Below the pieces are notes generated by a model. The model had not been told where the DNA came from. It searched no databases and saw only the letters and a program-made list of their open reading frames with translations. The position numbers were made by a program, and so were the translations under genes. This document shows positions 25,515-37,671 of a stretch of DNA of 64,000 nucleotides, in pieces. The DNA comes from Paraphysomonas bandaiensis (lineage: Eukaryota; Protista; Chrysophyceae). Position 1 is the first letter of the stretch; every line of letters starts with the position of its first letter. The stretch spans positions 198,998-262,997 of the forward strand of contig CBFFRP010000028.1 in the NCBI GenBank assembly GCA_965644295.1, in the 5' to 3' direction.

Positions 25515-27440
25515 TCCCCATTTTGTCTCAAAAAAAGCTTATTCTTTACCTGATTTGGGCTCAACAGGGCGCTCATATCAGCACCAGGCAAATATAAACA
25601 TTCGACTTCAATATTCGGTTCAACAGAAGCTCACTTCTATCTTAATTATGATAATGACAGTCGAATGTGATATCATTATTGTACACTATTATAGAGAAAC
25701 CACAATCATGAGTTACAGCATGTATAGGCAGTAGCATCCAGTTCTTTCAGGGTATGGGCCGCATTGTGCTTTCATATTCATCACCACATTTATGTACAAA
25801 TTTCAACACCTCGCAGTTGCTAATAATTTCATCAGTATCCTTCTGTGGTTGGAGTGTTATTAGCTATTATATATAAATTTGGGGACTTATTGCTTGAGTT
25901 GACCTATAGTGCAATTGCTATTCCCAAAGCATACACAGCCAGTGTGCATGCCATTCATTTGAAACAATACGAAAACTCATTCGTTTCCTTAATGTTAATC
26001 AGGGAACACATATTTCTCATTACAGCAAGCAAGCTACTAAACTAGCTATACAGTCTACTCTTAAGTTTTCAACATCATGAGGATAAGCTACAATTTAACC
26101 TAGGGATAAGGAGTATCGTCCCTTGTCTAAATTTAAAACTCGGGTTTTTTGCCCTCGTTTCAAAATATTGAGCGCGGGACGATATAGCCTCCTTATTGCT
26201 CGTGGTTAAGTATAACTATATCCCTTCTCCCCATTTTGTCTCCAAGAAGCTTTTTTTGATCTGAATTGAGCTCAACAGAGCGCTCATATTAGCACACTGG
26301 GTAAATACAGACATTCAACTTCAATATTCGGTTCGAAAGAAACTCTGTTCCATCATAATATTTATGATATTGGCAGTCATTTGTACGTGAGTTTATTACA
26401 TAAACTATTATGGAGAAACTATTATCAAAAGCCAACTATCCAAAGCTGATCATCCAATACTCCAACTATTATATCCTTCGTCTGCTGTAGAAGATTATAA
26501 TGATATCAGTTCACGTGACCTATCTTCATAATCATAACTTCGAAACAACTTCAAGATTATTACAGTAGAGTAGTTTAAGTGCCATAATAGATACTGTATA
26601 GTTTGTTAAAAGGGCAGTGACATCCAGTTCTTTCAAGGTTTGGGTCACATATTGTGTTCATCAGGATAGTGTGTGCCTCATATCATACACACATCATACA
26701 ATCAGGTACACTAGCAGAGGTTAAGCGTATTGTATATAAATGTGATGATGATACTAATTAAGGCAATAAGAAGCCTTTTGTGCGACTTTCACATTCATCA
26801 TCACACTTATATACGAATTTCAACACCTAGCATTATATTGTAGCTATTATATATAGATATATATAAATTTGGGGGTTTATTGTTTAAGTTCATCTATACC
26901 AGTATACCTACCATTGATTAGAAACAATATGACTCCTCATTTGATTTCTTAATGCTAATCACGAAACATCTATTTCTTCGTACTGTTTAACTACTAAAAT
27001 AGCTATACAATCTAGTATTAAGATTTCAACATCATGAGGATGAGCTAATATTGATTCTAGGGATAAGAATGCAGATTTAAGCTTAGTAATAGCAAGAAGA
27101 ATGTTGTGATTATTAGTATGTAAAGTGATGAACACAGTAAAGTAGAAAAGTGAATAATAATGCAGAACATAACTATCACACACAACGGAATAGTGAGAAG
27201 TAAAATTGGCAATGACGATCACTGTGATGACTGTCACAAGTATCTTCAACAGATATAATCATTACTTCAGTTCATCATATAATTCATTGAACATTATATT
27301 TCACATTTACTATCTTATATATAGATGAATCCTAATAATAAGGAGTATCGTCCCTTGTCTAAATTTTAAGAATGAGCTTCTCGCCTGTGTTTCAAAATTG
27401 AGCGCTGGACGATATAGCCCCCTTATTGCCCGTGGTTAAA
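25515..27440. repeat. Repeat family B, two tandem degenerate copies (about 25515-26220 and 26228-27440)
   Basis: Shared ccccattttgtctc.., gcgctcatat.agcac, acattcaacttcaatattcgg and the terminal ttgagcgc.ggacgatatagcc.ccttattgc.cgtggttaa; third copy at 31385-32310. Confidence 0.85.
27068..27337 (-). mobile_element. Solo-LTR-like family C insertion into repeat B, 5-bp TSD ATAAG
   Basis: ATAAG at 27063-27067 and 27338-27342; empty site ctagggataaggagtatc at about 26100. Confidence 0.75.
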
Positions 27441-27840
27441 TATAATAATTTGCCTTTCGGTTTTTCCGTGATGATTTTAATAAATTAATGCTTTGATTGG
27501 ATTTAATGTATAAATTGGAATGGACCTCTATTGGATGTTGGACGAGATGATGAGAATGACTAGTTTCGCATTGATCTATATTAATATTATGTATGCACAT
27601 GATGCACATGATGCACATGATTATTAAAGTGCATCTTACTGAACTTGTGTTATACAATCATGGTGGCTGATATATTATACATTCCATTATGTCATAGTAA
27701 TGTCATCATTTCCTAGTACGGGATTCACTATCATTAAAACAAATTCATTCACAATTCATAGAACACCAAAATACAAAATGTATATATTGCGCAGCACGTA
27801 TCTATCTCATCAGAAAAACACGCCTCAATATATATACATG

Positions 27841-30224
27841 TTATGATTCCCTCTGTCGATAGAAAAGCATATATGCGGATGGTCCAGTTATGGCCGACGA
27901 TGATGCCGGACTCACCCTGGAGTCATTAAAGCACACCCAGTTCTGTGGATGAGTCCCACTATCACACGATACGCTGGTGTCTCTTGTGTCGACATGCGCA
28001 ATGTAGTGCCCCCCATTCATACTTCCACTGTGATGCGCTACACTAGCTAAATCATACACTGGAGAAAGGTCAGTAGGAGAGTTACAGCTACTGAGAGCAT
28101 TTTTCTGCTCTGTGCTCAGATAAGGCGACATATCGAGCCCAATTACAGGAAAACTGACGTCAGTAGACATTTTTTCTCTCCTGAATGTCGTATATCGAAA
28201 CCTCTTGATGTGAATAACCTGTTGATATTAAGCATGAAAATGCGGATACGTAACCCATTGCAACACTTACAAGAATCTTCGGGCATTTGTAAATAGCCAG
28301 CCGCTTCACACTCCTCCTCTTGACCCCGCATTTTTCACAATTGTACGCATTATCTCCGTCTAAAATCTCAATGGCTGCACAAGGGTGTTACATCATTCAC
28401 AGCGAGATGAGGTATGCTTATTCTATATACTTAGCGTACCTGTAAAAGCATCTAAGCACCCCTGCAATGAACATTTTTGAGGTTCTCTCGAGCTAATGGA
28501 TCGCCTGCCTTCACTCTCCGCTCCCTGTGCAATAGGAACTGACAGATCCAAAAAAGGATCAAAACATAACGACCGGTGGTGGCAAGTGAGACATTCTATT
28601 GAACTCTGCAACTGTCCTCCGAAAATATCTGTAATTATGCTGTCGTTGTGTTTGAGATAGCTCTCCCAAGCCAAGCGGCTCTCACGTTCGGCGATGTCCC
28701 ATTGATCAACAACACTTACAGGAGATCTGGGCATAGGTGGGTTATTTTCTGTTACATCCATGTCTTGGTGGTCATCTTTTTTCGTTCCCTGGCCTTGATT
28801 AGCACGCCGCTCTCTTGCACGCTGCTGTAGGGTGCGCAAAGTTGCCATATCCTCTGTACAAGCAGGGAGGGACGAAATCGACGGACCAGCTATGGTTTTA
28901 CTCTTATCCAACTTGACATCTCCAGGAACGTCTTCCAAATCATTTGATACGTTTCCTCCACTGTGGCTACGATTATTAACAGATAACACATCGAATTCTT
29001 TGTCAGGTGTATGCTGGTGCTGGTTACCACTTTTACCGACGAGAGATACATTCACGCGGCTCCTCCGATTCGGAGGAAGGGCAGAAGTAGGAGTATCAGA
29101 CTGAATAGACCGGATGCGCTCTACGGTTCGACCGGAAAACTGTGGCCGGATAGAATGTTCTGTCACCCCATTATCTACGTCTTGATGGGTAGGAGGCGAC
29201 AGCACTGGAGGGGAGGGTGAATGAACTTGTGTAGGCGTCCCAGGGGAATGGTCTGACGGAGGGCAAGGAGAAAGGGGTTGCAATGTCGTTGCTGGGCCTG
29301 GAGAATTTTGAGAACAACTCTGCGAGGTCCTGCGGCAAAGATCCTCGGACATGCCATCTAGTAGGAAACGCAAGAACTCTTGACAGTCTTGCTGTTCGTA
29401 GTCAAGAAGATGCGGTGCAAGCTTGGTCACCTGTAACAGATTAGGGTACTGGAAGAAATATACACAATTACCCACCATCTTCTTAAAGCTTAACGGAGCC
29501 ACTGCACATCCTGCAGAGACAGAAAACATTTCTTCCACAAGCTCAGCAAACGCAGTTGCAAGGGCCCCTTTCAGAGGCGCAGACCGGTTTATGTCTGCCT
29601 TGTAATGTCCCTGACGGAAATACGAGACCAAAGCCTAAACAATAGAACCCGTAACAGATATACATAGACTACATGGAAACTAGTACAAACCTCAATATGT
29701 AGAATGCACTGCAGTGCCGAGTTCATAAAGCATGTATTACCCAAGTTCTTTAGGCCTACACTGGATATCTTTACATGATCCTGAGCATTACTGCTACCAC
29801 TCGCAGAAATAAGTTCCATATTTTGGGGAGATGCTCGACTGCGCAAAGGCTGGGAGAGATCCGGAAACAGAGGATCATGTCCAGCATTTCCCATATACTT
29901 ATCTGACTTTAGCATTGCATTGCGATAAGTAACAATAGCACTACTTGCTGCATCGCTACGAGGAGAACTTTTTCTTGTAGCACTGGTATAGGACGGTAAT
30001 TCTTTCGACAAGGACCGCTGCAACAAACATAAATAACCAAAATATCCGATATATCTGTATATATTTACCTCTCGCTGTATGTGTGACTTGGATTGCGACA
30101 TAACATACGGAGATAACTTAGACGAGGTCCCTGGAGCTCTCACGTCCGTATAGGGACCTGTTGAGGACTCTGCTACTCTTCTGCTTCTCCGATTCATGGA
30201 CACAGATGATTTGGACGTGTCCAT
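27841..30224 (-). CDS. Ubiquitin-specific protease (peptidase C19, USP2/21-like)
   Basis: Cys box GLKNLGNTCFMNSALQC, QQDCQEFL, His box HHSGSMNGGHYIA, FNDSRV and AYMLFY. Introns at about 30018-30068, 29635-29690, 29431-29475, 28375-28439 and 28219-28270. Confidence 0.92.
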
Positions 30225-30774
30225 CTCTCTCTTATGAGGGTTCAGCTCAGAGGACAGAGACAGAGATATACACAGAATTAGTTAATAAAGACAAGCACAT
30301 GGCACATCATACGCCCACTGAGATCCATGTAAATGATGTCTAGTTGACAGCACTGTCTATAGCAGGATGGTCATCAGCATCAAGAAGTAGTTGATGTAAC
30401 TGTGTGTCCAGGTCGCTGTAAGTGAACACACACACACGCTCCCAGGGAGACATACGCATACCGCAGTATAGTATACTTCACACACATACATGTACTGTAC
30501 ATGTATACCAGAGAGAAACACACACACACGAAACTGGAGTACTCAGACGTACTACTGTACCGTACATATGTACATACATACAGTACATACATACAAACAC
30601 GCACTGTGTATATACAGAGCATGTACAGCAGTTCTGTGCACATATACACTGTAAACCTATAAACCCCGGGTTTTGTGTAGACACAGTGCAGTGGCATCAC
30701 TCTCGTATCTTGCCAGTGCATCATAACTACACTCAGTGATAGCAGTAGATGTTATTATAAGAATTGAATGAGTA

Positions 30775-31105
30775 ATGAAGTGTCGGGAACCAGAAAGCAA
30801 AAAGTCACGAACCTTTAAAGAGCAATCAGAGCTATGTGAGAAGTGGAAGGCCTCTAGTGGAAAGAGTTTTGGATTGTGGTGTAGAAACATGGTGTCAAAG
30901 TAGGAACGATGCGTCACTGGTTATCTGAAGGACGATCGGAATGGCCGTTATACAGACATTCTTGATAATAATGCTAAGAGACAGAAGATGTCGCAGTATG
31001 TTGAATTGGAAAAACGACTGGCGGAATACCTCCATCTAGGAGAGGAAAAAGGATGAGTCCACAGACAGGCATATGTCTGATGCGCAGGTGATGGAGAAGA
31101 CGTTA
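30775..31105 (+). pseudogene. Possible pogo/Tc5 (CENP-B-type HTH) transposase remnant
   Basis: Interrupted peptides KKSRTFKEQSELCEKW, KRQKMSQYVELEKRLAEYL and SDAQVMEK resemble the tandem HTH DNA-binding domains; stops and frameshifts present. Confidence 0.35.
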
Positions 31106-31384
31106 TAACGTATGCGTATTTACTAAAATGAAGTCATTCAACAGTCATTATTTGATTATTATCTCCTTAAGTACCTTTCTCACATCGTACTTAAGAGAAC
31201 TTTGACTCGTTTCTGAAGTGCTGAGCTTATATCCTTGATATTTACTGTATTTTGAGAGTATTTGATTTAATAAAGTCATAACAACTTTTATTTTTAATTT
31301 TTAACACGACAGTCTACTGAGTTGGACACTTCAATTCGTAGTGTTGATAATGGCAATATGATTGCATTAGAACCATTTCATAGT

Positions 31385-32310
31385 ATTTTGTCTAAAAAAG
31401 TTTTTTTAATCTCAATCGGGTTCAATTGAAAGCTCATATTAGCACCGGGTAAAGATAAACATTCAACTTCAATGTTCAATTTGAACAGAAACTCTTTCTC
31501 CTTAATTACGATGTATTTGTATGTGAGTCCACCATTATATTACACAATTGCAAGAAAACCACAATGAGGACTCCACTTTCAAAAACAGATCATCAATCAC
31601 TCCAAGTTATATTCTACCCTTCGTCTGCTGTATAAGACTATAATGATCTCAATGAAAGTGGTCTACCTTCACAACCAGGACCTTGCAACAACTTCACGAG
31701 TATTACTAGAGAGTTCAAAAACTAGATCTTAGATCTAATGCTGACGGGGCAATGACATCCAGTACTTTCAGGTTTTGGGTCACGTTATGCTTAACGGGAT
31801 TGTGTTAGTCATATTGTACACAGAGCATTCTAGTTAGTTGCACTAGCAGGGGTGAAGCGTGATATACATACATGTAATGATGATGCCAGCGACATAAACC
31901 CTCGTGCGTCTACTTGTTTTCATACACATCATCACATCTATATACGAATTTCAATTCCCCGCAATTTGCTATTCGCGTATTATCCTTATGGGGCATTATT
32001 GTTGTTGCCATAATTGAAATATGGGGATTTATTGGTTTGAATTTTGAATTAACCTAGTACAATTGCCATCCCCTAAGCTTATATGTAGATCCCATTGATT
32101 TTTAATTTTTTTCTTTATGTTATTCAGGAGCACCTATTTCCTTTAACAAATAGCTATACATCTTAAATATTAGGTTTTCAATATTATGACTCTAAGCTAC
32201 AGTTTAATCTAAGAAAATTGCCATAATTTATGAAAGAGCTTATGGCCTATGTTCCAATATATTGAGCGGTGGACGATGTAGCCACTTTATTGCCCGTGAT
32301 TAAATATAAC
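31385..32310. repeat. Repeat family B, third copy
   Basis: Collinear with 26228-27440 (ttcgtctgctgta, gacatccagt.ctttca, terminal ttgagcg..ggacgat..ttattgcccgtg.ttaaatataa). Confidence 0.8.
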
Positions 32311-32658
32311 TATACTGAATAATAGAAAACTATACAGTCAACTGTTCTAGTTAATATTAGTTAGTGCTACTTAATAACTACTCTTATATATAGCTTAAAG
32401 TTTAACACACCTTCAGTTTCCGATTTCTATTTAGCGTGTAGACAACGTGCGATGCAGTAGCTACATAGTATACACTTGCAGTATACTGGGTAAAGGCAAT
32501 CAAAATTCAATATTCCCTTGTTTTAAATTTAGTAAGTGTTTTAAGTCGAATTAAATCCTTTTGATCATATTCGAATAATAACTGCAGAATATGTGGATCG
32601 TTATGATGCATAATCAACACTAAATATTGCTGACATACACTCATCTGTCTGACTCCAG

Positions 32659-33719
32659 TTAAATGGTAATAGACATAAGAGAAACTTTTCCCAATTTTGA
32701 TCCAGAATACTTTCGAAACACAGCGTCTTCCGAGGTGGATGATGGATGGGCCATATATTCACGCATTGTAGCCCCACATTCCTCGAGATCTGACTCGTCA
32801 TACTTCGTGTAAGCCACAAGAGTGGGGCTCCATGCATTTTTATACAGCTCCATTCGCGCTGCATGAACAACTGTTGCAGCAATCAATGATGGCGGGAACT
32901 TGAGTGTGGAATATTCTTGCAGTGATCGTTCAGCGAGATAGCAGGACAACTGAATCAAGGTTTTATTCCCGTGAGCGGCTTTGACGAAACGATACAAAAA
33001 CGTAATAATTGTGGGGACTGTAAAATTGTAATCCAAAGCCTGTGCAATTTTTTGTTCCATTCTCAAAATCTCATCGACTGAGAACGTATGCGCGGTAATA
33101 GGGACGAGATCGGAGGATTTGGGAGGATAAATTTCTTCGTATTTCGAAGCCAACTAGCATAAATAAGTGATTAGAATAAGGTAAGAAATTGACAAGCCAT
33201 AGAATTTACCAGTAAAGCAGATACTCCAACCAGTTGAAGTTTTGATGCTCGTACTTGACATTTCTCCAAGTAGCGATCGATGATGTTGACTGTGATGTAC
33301 AGCGTTTCAGGTAACATTCTAAACTTTAGGTGAACATCTACAAGCCAGTTGACAAGTACGGCGCGCATGTACGGAGTGATAAACTCTTGATTATCCATAT
33401 ATGTAGGATCAACCATTGAAGCACCCTCAGATTCACGGAAGAAAGTATATATCTTGCTGACATAATCGGTACAGCAGCGGATATCGTCAGCATCGGCAGC
33501 GTCGATATTATGAGGTTCGCGTTGCATGTACAATCTGGTGTCATTAGTAGTATGAGACACTTCACGGGAGTCATGTGTGCTGTCAGGGATAGCAGTTGAT
33601 GGTGCTTTTTTGGACTTTTTCCGACGATGGCTGGATAGCAGCTCAGAGTTAGTGATGTCCTCCAACACTCTCCTTGAGTGACATAAAGAACCCCTTGACA
33701 CTGTTTTGTTGATTTCCAT
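32659..33719 (-). CDS. Mitotic cyclin (cyclin B-like)
   Basis: D-box RRVLEDITN, cyclin box MRAVLVNWLVDVH, ASKYEEIYPP and YLAERSLQEY; intron 33154-33209. Confidence 0.92.
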
Positions 33720-35390
33720 ACCGCTGAGGCCTTTGGATTGATAAGTTGATGTTAAGTAGGTCAGATTCAATGCAAGCGTTGCTGTGAAGATATTGTGAGG
33801 AGTGCCACTGAGTGTGCGAGAAGGTTGTACGGACACCCAAAATGACACGTTGAATTCAACGGGTCTAGTTTCACTCAAGAGCAGCAGATCCATGAGGTAC
33901 AGTACCTGGATACAGTGGTATACGGCCACAGCGGTATTCGATGTAATCCGTATAGTTTTTGTAGCCTGCATTTTCAATGACTGTTACAGCCAGCCCACTT
34001 AGATGCATAGATGCATAGACAGTCTGCTCTATCAGAGATATGCAGCAGGATCAGCAATGTATCGACTGGGCTGCTGTATACAGTTGTCTCCATGTAAGCA
34101 ACGAACTTCCAACAAGTCAACTTATATTAAGAGGGGTTGAAGCCGGAGCTCTCAGCAGTGAGGAGGATGCGAATCATTCTCTCAGAGCTGCTTGATGAGT
34201 CCCCATATTCGACCATATCTGTGTAATCATCACCCAGTATAGGCGCTATATGTTGTCTTGATACCAACACAGGATATACACAGCAGTGCAGAGTATGTCG
34301 TTGGGAGATGAGCGGATATTAACCGCCATGTAATCCTTTAATTGAGTCAGGCTCTGCGAGTTGCTTAATGGCCAAAGAGCTTGCGATATAACTTGCCGAA
34401 TAATGTCCAGCGACAAAGTATGATCCATCATTCTCTTTTCAAATGCTGTATAAACCAGTGGAAAGTGACATTGGACTGAGTTCAGTATAGAGAGCACACT
34501 GTATCCAAAGGGACGGAAATTATCTTGACCCGAGGCGTATGCCCTGAGCTTTTGATTTCCATTTCTTGCATTCTATTTGACCTCCGTGATTACGAAAATA
34601 CGCAAAAGAGTGCAGGGGGTACCACCGCGTTGGATATCTGTTAGCCTTGCAAGATGACCTACGTAGATGCTTGGTCCGGCTATTTTGGCAGTGCAGCCCG
34701 ATAAGGTATTGAATAATACGGTGTTTACAGGCAGTATTATATGAAGTAGCTAAAATAGCTTGACTGTGTGTAAGATCGTGTGTATCTACGACATGGTAAC
34801 ATTGATTGGTAGTAGAGATAATATAGATTTAGGAATAACAATGAATGATTGGAGATGTTAAGTTCAGGTTCAGCTACTTAACTTATTCACCACCCAAATG
34901 TCAAATACTCAGACTTTAGGCCACGTCTCTGTATGATAAGCTACTTCAAGAATTCTCAACTCAAATACAGAATAGGTGGATCAAGGCGCGCTCTCATCTG
35001 AGAATGTCGACGTAGCAGCGGGGTGTCGTACAAAAAATAGCCCGATGCGTATGGCTGAATAGCCTGTACTGTATATTGCATATGTGTAGTCGGTGACTTT
35101 TATTGCTACAGTAACATGTAAGAAGGTAGTAAAAAACATGATAACTAATATTCTGCACACTGTTAATATCTTCAAACTTGTAGTGCATAGTAATACCATT
35201 TTCCTACCCTCATCAAAATTTTCTCTAGGTTTTATACATTACAAGAGGCTATGGTATTACCCCGACTTCACACTGCCAACAACACCAAATACTACAATAA
35301 TGGCACTGACTCAACGTACAGCACATGGATCATTATCACCACCAGTCAATACATAGTATTCATTTTTGTTCATCATCCTGAAAACAAACA

Positions 35391-35553
35391 AAACGGAATA
35401 GTTAGAAGTTGAACTTATAATGACGATAATTATGATAACAATCACGTATCTTCAACAGATACTCTCACTAATGCAGTTCATGATATACTTCATTGAACAC
35501 TATAACTCACATATACTATCTTATATTAAGATAAATTCTAGTACTCCCCCTCA
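35391..35553 (-). mobile_element. Copia-type polypurine tract plus partial family C LTR
   Basis: On the minus strand, TGAGGGGGAG (35544-35553) is followed directly by TACTAGAAT..., homologous to the 20445 and 27068 copies. Confidence 0.6.
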
Positions 35554-35868
35554 ATGAAATAATCAAAACATATTGTTTTGTTCACCTTTTAGGCAGTATC
35601 ATTTCTCCCAGTTTCAGACCATTTCATAGTACAAGGAAAGTAATTTCATTTCATAAGATTTATAACTGGTTGTAAGTAAAGCAACTTGTATTAGGCATTT
35701 TTTTCTAAAGGTAGGCCTCGCCTGTTTCTTCTTCCTGACGAATAGGCTCCTCATCTAGGGGTATCGTTGTTCTCCTTAACTACTTTGGGCTTAAGAAAGA
35801 ACCCAGCCCTGCTTTTCCTCTTCCATTTGGAGAAGTTCTAGTCTTAGAACTCATCCGCAGCAAATAAG

Positions 35869-36825
35869 ATATTGAAAGTCTTATTATTAGCAATAGGCGT
35901 TAAAAACCTGCACCAACTTAGTAGCTAGATGAGTGCTAGACAAACTAGTTAGACCTCTACCTGTAACTACTCAGTACACATTTTTTATCTTACTATTTAT
36001 CGCTACGGAAGCTGCTTGTGCGTCGCCGCAAGCACCAAGGTGCGACCACTTCCGCTCTGAGTTCTTAAGGTGAACATCCCGGATGCTTGACTTCAGCAGG
36101 CAGCCCAATATTCCGGTTACCCTTCAGGTGGGCCCTGTCCCGGATGTCCTTGAGGTGGGCCCATTCCCGGATGCCTGTTTATTCGTCAAGGCCCAAAGAC
36201 GTCTACACAAGAGACACTCATTGGTGTCCCTTGTACCACACAAGCATTCGGCTATGAGTGGGCAGAAGAATATCTGCTGACTATGTTTGCGGCTCACGTT
36301 AGTTTCCCAGAGAGAATCTCTCTGGTACTTATCCCCCAGAACACCACTTTGTGAGTCCGACTTTGTTGAGGGAAACGATTCAAGATACGGAAGTTGAGCA
36401 GTGGTTGACATGAACCAAATATATTATCATGTGGTTGACATGTTTTACAATGTTGACATGCTTGCCTTTGTAAAACGATCTTAATCATCTGAAAATGGTC
36501 AATACTCAATAGCCTTTAGTGAAAGGTATGGATGCAGCTCTGGAAATTCTTGTAGCACCATATCAAATAACTGGCGGGCTTGGTACAAATTGGTTTCATT
36601 TCTTTGTAAGGCGAGCGTAACACTCTGTAGTTTTTCAAGTTGCGTCAACGATCCATTCCAGCCACCGAAATAAGTTCCTTGTATCACACAAGCATTCGGC
36701 TATGAGTGGGAAGAACGTTATCTGCTGACTATGTTTGCGGCTCACGTTAGTTTCCTAGAGAGAGTCTCTCCGGTACTTATCCCCCAGAACACCACGAAAA
36801 GGTGCGAGTCCGACTTTGTTGAGGG
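35869..36825. repeat. Repeat family A full copy, hAT-like transposase fragment and a duplicated 3' part of A
   Basis: 35869-36372 matches 14718-15230, and 36685-36825 repeats 36237-36372. Minus-strand 36499-36687 encodes LEKLQSVTLALQRNETNLYQARQLFDMVLQEFPELHPYL. Confidence 0.8.
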
Positions 36826-37671
36826 CAAAAATAAGAGTTATAGCTAGTCTTTGTATTTAGTGAAAGTTACACTTCGTATTATTAGAAGATAAAGATTGAT
36901 TATACATAAATTTCACAAGAAGAATAAACCTAGTAGTATAATAGCAAGACACATTTGAGCAAAGCGCAGTTAGCACCACACACATTTGCGTATCTTGTAC
37001 AGTCGCGTATCTTATATATATCCTGGTAATTATTCAGTTAATTGTTATTTCATTGTATATTTTGCTGTAATCACGTGTTGAGTGTTATACATGAATGAGT
37101 GAATCTTAATTATACGTCCAATCAGAGTTAAATCAGCTGTTAAGTCGAAATTGTCAGAAAGGTGGTGTCTCATTACAAAGCAGGCTCTTCATAACGATCC
37201 GAGTAAGAACTGAGCATAAATCGATATATATGTTTTTACAAACAAGATTATACAAATGTGTAAAGTTGTTTATTTCCGTTCTTATATAAGGAAGTGTTCA
37301 ATATTAAGGGCAAAATTCAGTTCTGCTACTAGAGTTCTCTGTATTTCACAACAGCTTAGGAGTGATGGAGCGTAAAATTTACAACTAACTCGGTAATTTA
37401 GAAACTGACGAATATAGATGCAAAGAGATTAAATACTGCACTTACCGATACATTGACTGTATGTAAGACATTTCAGATTGATGCACAAGTTATATGTATA
37501 TGTGACTATTTGAATCAAAACACCACATTTTCGTAAATTCCTATATATATATATATCTACATATTTTCCATTTACGTATTTATTTATCGCGAGTAAACAT
37601 CGCGTTTATAACGCTATAAATATTACTTTCACATATATACGTGCAGTCGTAGCATTGCGTATATATTCTAC

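Noticed and set aside
30380-30739. Overlapping C/V/Y/H/T-rich short ORFs (similar ones at 6.7-7.1, 9.8-10.3, 19.2-19.4 and 23.7-24.0 kb)
   Set aside because: They arise from low-complexity AC/TG/TA-rich promoter sequence and show no protein signal.
33720-33977. Upstream in-frame extension of the cyclin ORF
   Set aside because: Not cyclin-like; the ATG at 33719 just before the D-box is the more plausible start.
34100-34700. GC-richer patch with a weak retroelement RNase H-like peptide
   Set aside because: Too degenerate to assign without a search.
35730-35800. CTGACGA, a possible hammerhead ribozyme core
   Set aside because: No correctly spaced GAAA or supporting stems were found.
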